From NCBI RefSeq assembly GCF_004010195.1, contig NC_057719.1, positions 77,536,743 to 77,575,607 on the forward strand: a DNA stretch of 38,865 nt. The letters are read 5' to 3'. This document shows positions 32,049 through 38,865 of this stretch, piece by piece; positions within the stretch are counted from its first letter, which is position 1, and every line of letters begins with the position of its first letter. A model generated the notes under the pieces. It worked only from the letters and a program-made list of their open reading frames with translations. It did not search any database and was not told where the DNA came from. Source of the stretch: Chiloscyllium plagiosum. Its lineage: Eukaryota. The position numbers and the translations under genes are program-made.

Positions 32049-32878
32049 CATAGAGTCACAGAGTTGTACATCACGGAAACAGACCCTTCAGTCCAACTTG
32101 TCCATGCCAACCAGATATCTGAAACTAATCGAGTCTCATTTGCAAGCACTTGGCCCATACCCCTCTAAACCCTTTCTATTCATATACCCATCCAGATGCC
32201 TTATAAATATTGTAATTGTACCACCTCCACCACTTCCTCTTGCAGCTCATTCCATACACTCACCACCCTCTGAGTGAAAAAGTTGCCCCTTAGGTCCCTT
32301 TTAAATATTTTCCCTCTCACCCTAAACCTATGCCATCTCATTCTGGACTATTTTGTCTATTTACCCAATCCATGCCCCTCATGATTTTATAAACCTCGGT
32401 AAGGTCTCCCCTGAGCTTCCAAAGCACCAGGGAAAGCAGCCCCAGACTATTCAACCTCTCCCTATAGCTCAAACCCTCCAATCCTGGCAACATCCTTGTA
32501 AATCTTTTCTGAACCCTTTCGAGTTTCACAACATCCTTCTGATAGGAAGGAGACCAGAATTGCACGCAAATTCCAAATGTGGCCTAACCAATGTCCTGTA
32601 CAGCCACAACATGATCTCCCAACTCCTATACTCAGTGCTCTGACCAATGAAGGAAAGTATACCAAATGCTTTCTTCACTATCCTATCTATCTGTGCCTCC
32701 ACTTACAAGGAGCTATGAACCTGCAGTCCAAGGTCTCTTTGTTCAGCAACACTCCCCAGGACCTTACCATTAAGTGTATAAGTCCCGCTCTGATTTGCCT
32801 ATCGTAAATGCATTACTTCCCATTTATCTGAATTAAATTCCATCTGCCACTCCTCAGCCTGTTGGCTGATCTGATCAA
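32049..32878 (-). mobile_element. HER1-type CR1 LINE 3' fragment
   Basis: Minus-strand QFWSPSYQKDVVKLERVQKRFTRMLPGLEGLSYRERL; reverse-complemented tail CATAGAGTCACAGAG. Confidence 0.93.
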
Positions 32879-33019
32879 CCTTCTGATCTCAGCTTTCACA
32901 GAAATGATCAGCAGAGCATCCCTCAGGGGCCTCCAGGGTGAATCCATATTTTACCATTCTAGCTATTGGATGACATGTTTAAAATTCCAGTTTTAATATT
33001 AATGAATAGAATAGTGAAG

Positions 33020-33375
33020 TGTGAATGATTGGATGAGTGGGTGAATAAGTGAGTGAGTGAATGTATATATTAGTTGACAGGGACAAGTTGGGTAAGTGAG
33101 TAGATGGGAGAAGTGCTAGGTGGGTTAATAAATCAGTGCTTAATTGGGTTGGGTCGGGGGGTTGTCACCTTGGCTCAGGTGATTAGTTAATTGGTCCAGG
33201 ATTAGTCAGGTCAGGTCAGCTGTTTTTGTGGAAGCTGCAAAGGGTAGTTGGGCTGTTGTGGGTGTAGTTGGAGACGTATTTAGGGGTTGAGGAATAGTTA
33301 AATGGTCAGCAGGATAGTCAGGTGATTAGAACAGTAGTTGGGGGTGTTGGGGAGCAGTGATTGAGGAGTCAGTTA
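33020..33375. repeat. G/T-skewed low-complexity tract (TGAG / GGTCA / GTAGTTGG motifs)
   Basis: Strong C depletion on the plus strand with degenerate short repeats. Confidence 0.6.
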
Positions 33376-33659
33376 TATTGTTACCCAAGTGTTGGACTAA
33401 TTTTAATATGTCTAGCATTTCCCAGGTAACTATTCAGGTAAGTATTGCAGAACAATTTGAAATCTTGATCTCTAGCTGGGGAACAGCCCTTCAGCAATTT
33501 AAACATACCAAGCCACTCCCATGTAGTCCTGCACTTCAACAGGATCCCAAAGGACATCTTCCATTACACATTTGTCCTCTAGTAATCCAGAAAATAGGAT
33601 ATTTGGCCTGACAAAAGAACCAGAGGGGAGCAAGAGAACTTTTTAAATGTGAAGTGTTT

Positions 33660-33850
33660 TTATACTCTGGAATACAGTGAAAAGAAGATTTGTGGAAGCG
33701 GTTTGAATAATTACCTTCAAAGAGAATGTTGTAAAAGAAAAATGCATATGTTGTAGACAAAGAGCGGGAAGTAGGTAAAAGAAAAACTCTTGAGAAGAGC
33801 CAGCACTGGTCCAATGGGTCACATGGCCACAATCTATGGTATGATTCTTC
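33660..33850 (+). mobile_element. Very old CR1-type 3' end fragment
   Basis: CTGGAAT...GTGGAAGC...CCTTCAAAGAG...AGAGCCAGCAC...ATGGGTCACATGGCC...TATGATTCT follows the layout of a CR1 3' end. Confidence 0.45.
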
Positions 33851-34606
33851 AGTTCTCCACAATGGTGTACCAAGGTATGCCCATTGAGAATACTGTACCT
33901 CGTGCTGAGACTACCCTATATGGGCGGGTGCGAGGGCACAATGTTAAATAACCATGATTGTCTCACACAGTCAGGTGCTGTGAGAAGTAAATTTCAGCCT
34001 ACTGTATCAAGAATGCAAATTTTATTTAATTTTCATTCTAATATATGTAAATGAGCATGATGAAGATGTAACAGGTGGATCACAGGAAGAGCCAACTCCT
34101 TGAAGGAGTTTGGGAAACCTGCTAAAATTATGAATATGGTTGTGTCTGAGAGAGGTTGGTAAATATTGCAGGAATCTTTTTATATAACGTCATTTTAAAA
34201 ATATGTAAACATGATAAACACAAATTATATAGCCACAAGACTTGCGAGAGGGAACCATCTCCTATTAGTCATGTGATCTTGCAGCACTTCCCAATGATGA
34301 AGCGACTGTCTAATTTTCATAGTCACAATAACCTTTTACATCACAGACATTACTCCCATCCTATCCCAATTTATGACCCAGAACATTGTTTGATTCTGAT
34401 TCTGGGTTAAAATGATCCCAAAACAGAATAGGACTTTCTAGTTTTAAAGTCCAAAGGTTCAAGTAAGTGTCACAAAATAAAAGGTAGTGAATAGACAAAT
34501 TCCAGTCAGATAATCTACAATTCTCTAATCAAAATATAAAATGAGAACAAGTTGATTTTTTTCCAAAAGGCACAAACCAGTTATATTATCTTAACATGTT
34601 ATTTAA

Positions 34607-35340
34607 AGTAACATGTGTACCACGCATAAGGCAGGTAATGACCATCCCCAACAAACAGAATCTGCCACCACCCTTGACATTCAAAATCACTGAATCCTCC
34701 ACTATCAACAACCTAGAATTATCATTGACCAGAAACTGAACTGGACTACTTACATAAGAAATATGGCTACGAAAGCAGGTCAGAGGCGAGCAATCCTATA
34801 ACTCATCTCCTGCCTCACTAAAGCCTGTCCACTAATCTATAAGATACAAATCAGGAATATGATGGAATACTCCTCACTTACCTGGATGAGTGCAATTCCA
34901 ACAACACTCAAGTAACTTGACACCATGCAGGATAATCAGCCACTTGATTGACAATACATTCACAAACATTCACACCCTCCAACACTGTTGCTCAGTAACA
35001 GCAGTGTGTCTCATCTACAAAATACACTGCAGAAATTCACCAAGGCTCCTTCATCAGCATCTTCTAAACCTGCAAACCCTTCAAGGGTTAGGGCAGCAGA
35101 TGCACGGAAACACCACCACTTGCAAGTTACCCTCCAAGCCACTCAACGTCCTGATTTGGAAATACAGTATTTCAATGTGTCTTCGGTGACACTCCCAACC
35201 TAACAGCTTTGTGGGTGTAACTACACAAAATGGACTGCAGCAGTTCAAGAAGATAGCTTACCGCCACCTTTTCAAAGGCAACTGGAGATGGGCAGTAAAT
35301 GCAGGCCCAGCGGTGATCCCTGCATCCCATGAATCAAACT
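34607..35340 (+). mobile_element. 5'-truncated copy of the SINE-headed LINE family (ORF C-terminus and tail)
   Basis: Encodes IIIDQKLNWT and IYKIQIRNMMEYSSLTW; its 3' 350 bp are homologous to 23600-23960. Confidence 0.8.
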
Positions 35341-35406
35341 GAAAAATTGACAGTTGTGTCAGTTGAAGTGGTAGATGTCAGAATCAGGGAATGAAACACT
35401 TCCCAG

Positions 35407-35570
35407 TTTTTTGTTTATTCACTTGTGCGATGTGGGAGATGGTGACTGACCAGAACTTAATGTCCATCCTTAGTTACCCTTGAGAAAGTGATGGTGAGCT
35501 ACCTTCTTGAACTGCTGCAGTCCATGTGCTGTCAGGAGATCCACAATGCCCTTAGGGAGGGACTTCCAAG
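35407..35570 (-). mobile_element. 3' end fragment of the same LINE family
   Basis: CCATCCTTAGTTACCCTTGAGAAAGTGATGGTGAGCTACCTTCTTGAACTGCTGCAGTCC is homologous to 20205-20270. Confidence 0.75.
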
Positions 35571-37631
35571 CCCTCAGTGTTGGAATCAGAAAGTTTGCAG
35601 GTCAGGTTGACCACACACAGCTGCTGAGCAAAACTCTCCCAATTCTGACTGAATACTGCACTTACCATTTAATCTCAGCAAGCAATTCTTCCTGCTCCAA
35701 TGTGGCACTTTCACTTGATTTTCTACACCAGCAACACATGGTCACCTTGACACTTACTACTGAATTAGGGGCAGATAAGAGCCTCAAGCAAGTAAGAAAT
35801 CTCTTCTCCTCCCCATATATTGAAACGGAAGAAGTAGTGTGTGGCTTTTTAATTGTTTGAACAGTTGCCTTAACTGAAATTCTGGTTGATAGGACATTGC
35901 CATTTAATGGAGGAATTCAGTGCCTTAGAAAATTTATTCAATTATGTTATTTGTGCAATTGAGTGTAATAATGTATGATGAGCAATTACTAGACTGCAAC
36001 AGCTGAAGGAGATAGAAAAAATCTAAAATGTATTTTTGCCAGCTTTTGAAGAAATTTTAGTTCCTATATTTTATCGTTCCTGCCCACAAGTTCCAAGCCA
36101 CCATAGTGCTGTTCCATAAATGGTTTTGCAAGTAATATTCCTACTAAACTTTCCTTTCTCCCCTTGCTTTCTGATCATAGTTGATGTGAATTTAACCGCG
36201 ATGGGGGAAGTGGGGGCAAGCGGAGGTGGGATTAAAACTTTGATCTCCTATTCTGTGCTGAAGGTCTGCGGACTTTGCTCCATCTTTGAATTTATAGTTT
36301 CATAATTCAGTTCATATTAAAAAAAAAGGCTTCAGTCGATTCAATGGCACATGGTGTACAAAAATAGCAGTTTAAATATATCCTATAAAGGGATGAAGCT
36401 GTGGGAAGCCATGTCAGGTTCCATATTTGCATCACTTTCTTGTCAATTCTAATGTTCAATGAAGTAGATGATGCATCATTATTACTGGGCACTGTGATTC
36501 TACCCAGTCGCTCTCAATCTTTTCCATTTGGTCTGCTAGCATGACTATAGCTATAACTGGTTTAGCCTCACACAGACAGGAACCCTTCCTCCCCATGCAA
36601 GTCACGTCCTCTTGCAAAACAATCAGTGCTTACTATTCTGTTCTTCCTGCCTATTGAAGCTATTTGCTTGCATAACATGTAAACATGCCATTGTGTTGTC
36701 AAATGTACTGGCCTCTAGCTTTTTCTTGAATAAGAGTAACTTCCTTAGCATTTTTCTCTGTGTATGGGAAGCTCAATGACTTCAGAGAAACTGTTAGGGC
36801 TCTTTGAATTCAGCTCTGCACCTGATTATTAAACACTGTTAAAAATGCTATGTACACTTCTGTGGGATACAACTCTTGGCTCCAATTAAGAAGAATATAT
36901 TTATTAGGTGCAGAATTATGTGTCATTGGGAATAGACAGGTCAATTTAAGGACAAAGACTTGTTTTACTAGATGTAAATACCCATTACTGTTGTTTGATT
37001 ACATTTTGTTGGGAAAGTATATTTTTGCACAGAATTTCTTCATTTTTTTCAATGTATCTTTTTTCCAGTGAAATATCCTGTACTTAACTTTTGAGGAATG
37101 GAATACTTTCCCATCTTGGGCTTCAATCCATCGTTTTCTAAAGCTTTGCCTGTGTCTTGGAGATTCTGAAGGTGAGTATGAATCAGAGAACCAGAACTCA
37201 ACCTCACCTGGCTGATTTTCAACATGTCACAGTCTCCCCACTCCCAACAGACATTTCATGTACACACTCTCATCAAAGTAGCATCAGCCATCGCTTGGAG
37301 ATGCAGTTGCCATTCTCAAGTCAATATAGATCCAGAGTGCAAAACAAACCGTGTCTATGCAGTTTACCTTTATGGCCTGCAAGTGCAAATTTGTCAAACA
37401 ATAATTCCATTTCCTTGGCCACTCCTTAAAATCTAAGCCAATTTGTTTAAAAAAGAAATGAATTAACTACGCTCAGAGGCACTTGTTTTAAAATTGAAAG
37501 TCCTTTCATTCCATCAAATCTCCTTGGCATCAATACTTGGGTCAATGCCTCACTCTGTCCCAGGAGGGTGCTTTCAGGTAAGTCGGGGGAAGCGCCACAC
37601 ACAATAGCACCACAATCTGCGGAATACCATA

Positions 37632-38240
37632 TGTTATGGACCAGGCCAGACCCCTCAAAACATTTCAAGATGGTAGGCCAGACCCTAACTTTGATAGTTG
37701 TTTTAAGCAGGTGTAGAGTGGATATGCCAGGAGAGATGCAGCTGGTAAAACCACATAGTTTTAAACAAAACAGAATATATTTACAAGATTATTGAGTGAA
37801 ACACAAACAAAAGAGAACAGAGTACAGAATAACCTATCTGAAAACCCAACAGATCATCTCAACTTAATAATGCTGTCCCTTAAACAGCCCTTGGCACAGA
37901 AGGTAAAATCAAACACAGGTTCTTACAGGAGAGATGTCAGAGAGAGAGTACCAGCCTGGACCTGCTTCTTTTGGGTCCAACAGCTTTTCCCACTACTTCA
38001 AAACCCAAACCAAACCAGAGAAAAGCCACGCTGGGAGAACTGACCACTCCCATTTCATTGTACAAGTGGTTTTTTTTTAATACTTGAAAACCTTCCCCCT
38101 GAGGCAGTATCTGTTGGCTGTTATCAAATTGGCCCTGAAACCCTTCAACCCCAGACTTGTCTGAGTCTGTGTTATCCACGACATCTCTGAAAAAAAAGCC
38201 AAGGACAGCATTACCTTGTTAAAGGAGCAGCTTCGTCACA
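37632..38240. mobile_element. 609-bp solo LTR (family 2) with perfect 4-bp TSD
   Basis: Termini TGTTAT...GTCACA (imperfect inverted, TG...CA) flanked by CATA (37628-37631) and CATA (38241-38244). Probably transcribed on the minus strand. Confidence 0.8.
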
Positions 38241-38309
38241 CATATTTCTAATGCCTGTAATGTAAAGGGTGTACTTTGTTCTGAGACCTGAACCAAATGG
38301 CTGTGTGTT

Positions 38310-38417
38310 GAGAAATAAAAATCTGCAGATGATAAAAATCTGAAATAAGACGAAAAAAATGGTGTAAATACTCTCCAGGTCAAGCAGCATCTGTAGATCG
38401 AGTAACTGAGTTGACGG
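38310..38417 (-). mobile_element. Old Penelope-like-element-derived fragment
   Basis: CTGCAGATG...AATCTGAAATAA...AATACTC..CAGGTCAAGCAGCATCTGT...GAGTTGACG is homologous to 3252-3310; it is truncated before the hammerhead core. Confidence 0.6.
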
Positions 38418-38544
38418 GATTAATTCTGCTGATCCACCAACGGAACCGACTTTGGCTGGGAAAGGAGGTCACCAGCGCACATGGGCAGTGAGTGGGATCT
38501 TTCCCTCAATTTTATGGATCAGACTGAAATCCTGGAAATCTTGC

Positions 38545-38655
38545 AGACTCTGGTGATCCAAAAAGGCAGTTCACTGCCACCTTCTTGGGTGTGATTAAGA
38601 ATGGGCAATAGATTCTGGCTTAGCCAGTGAGACGCACTTCCATTGAAAAAATAAA
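38545..38655 (+). mobile_element. 3' tail fragment of the SINE-headed LINE family
   Basis: AAGGCAGTTCACTGCCACCTTCT...ATTAAGAATGGGCAATAGATTCTGGCTTAGCCAG is homologous to 23870-23945. Confidence 0.65.
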
Positions 38656-38764
38656 ACACAAATAGCCAGTCAAATGGAAACTGTCCTATTGAAGACTGCA
38701 GATTAATAGCACCACCAACATCAGTGTTGGTCATTGTTAAGTCATGTAGGATACCAGCCATATT

Positions 38765-38865
38765 TAGAGTCATAGAGTCATAGAGATGTACAGCATGGAA
38801 ACAGACCCATCGGTCCAACCTGTCCACGCCGACCAGATATCCCAACCCAATCTAGTCCCACCTGC
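38765..38865 (-). mobile_element. HER1-type CR1 LINE 3' end, continuing beyond the window
   Basis: TAGAGTCATAGAGTCATAGAGATGTACAGCATGGAAACAGACCC is the reverse complement of the tail at 27850-27890. Confidence 0.92.

Noticed and set aside
34290..34406. C/D box snoRNA-like layout (ATGATGA ... CTGA, CCCA/TGGG stem)
   Set aside because: Only a 4-bp stem, no recognisable rRNA/snRNA antisense element and no clear C'/D' boxes; expected by chance. A snoscan or Infernal search would settle it.

Overview
Vertebrate genomic DNA, almost certainly from a cartilaginous fish. The HE1-type V-SINEs, HER1-type CR1 LINEs with (ATGACTCT)n tails and Penelope-derived inserts point to a shark, probably a carpet or bamboo shark; this is inferred from repeat content only. 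I found no host protein-coding exon that I can support, so the window reads as intergenic or deep-intronic DNA built from nested, decayed mobile elements. The main elements are: (1) a 5.6-kb L1-clade LINE on the minus strand with both ends, TSDs, a YY1-type 5' motif, ORF1 and an ORF2 deleted right after the RT catalytic motif; (2) a Myb/SANT-like, Harbinger-type remnant adjacent to, and probably interrupted by, that L1; (3) many CR1 copies; (4) a decayed Gypsy pol region and four solo LTRs; (5) two short Penelope-derived inserts carrying broken hammerhead-ribozyme motifs and TSDs. The most unusual structure is a LINE, present as two independent head-to-head copies, whose 5' end is a tRNA-derived SINE head plus SINE body running directly into an APE endonuclease/RT frame with no room for an ORF1. 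Family names come from recall, not from a database search.
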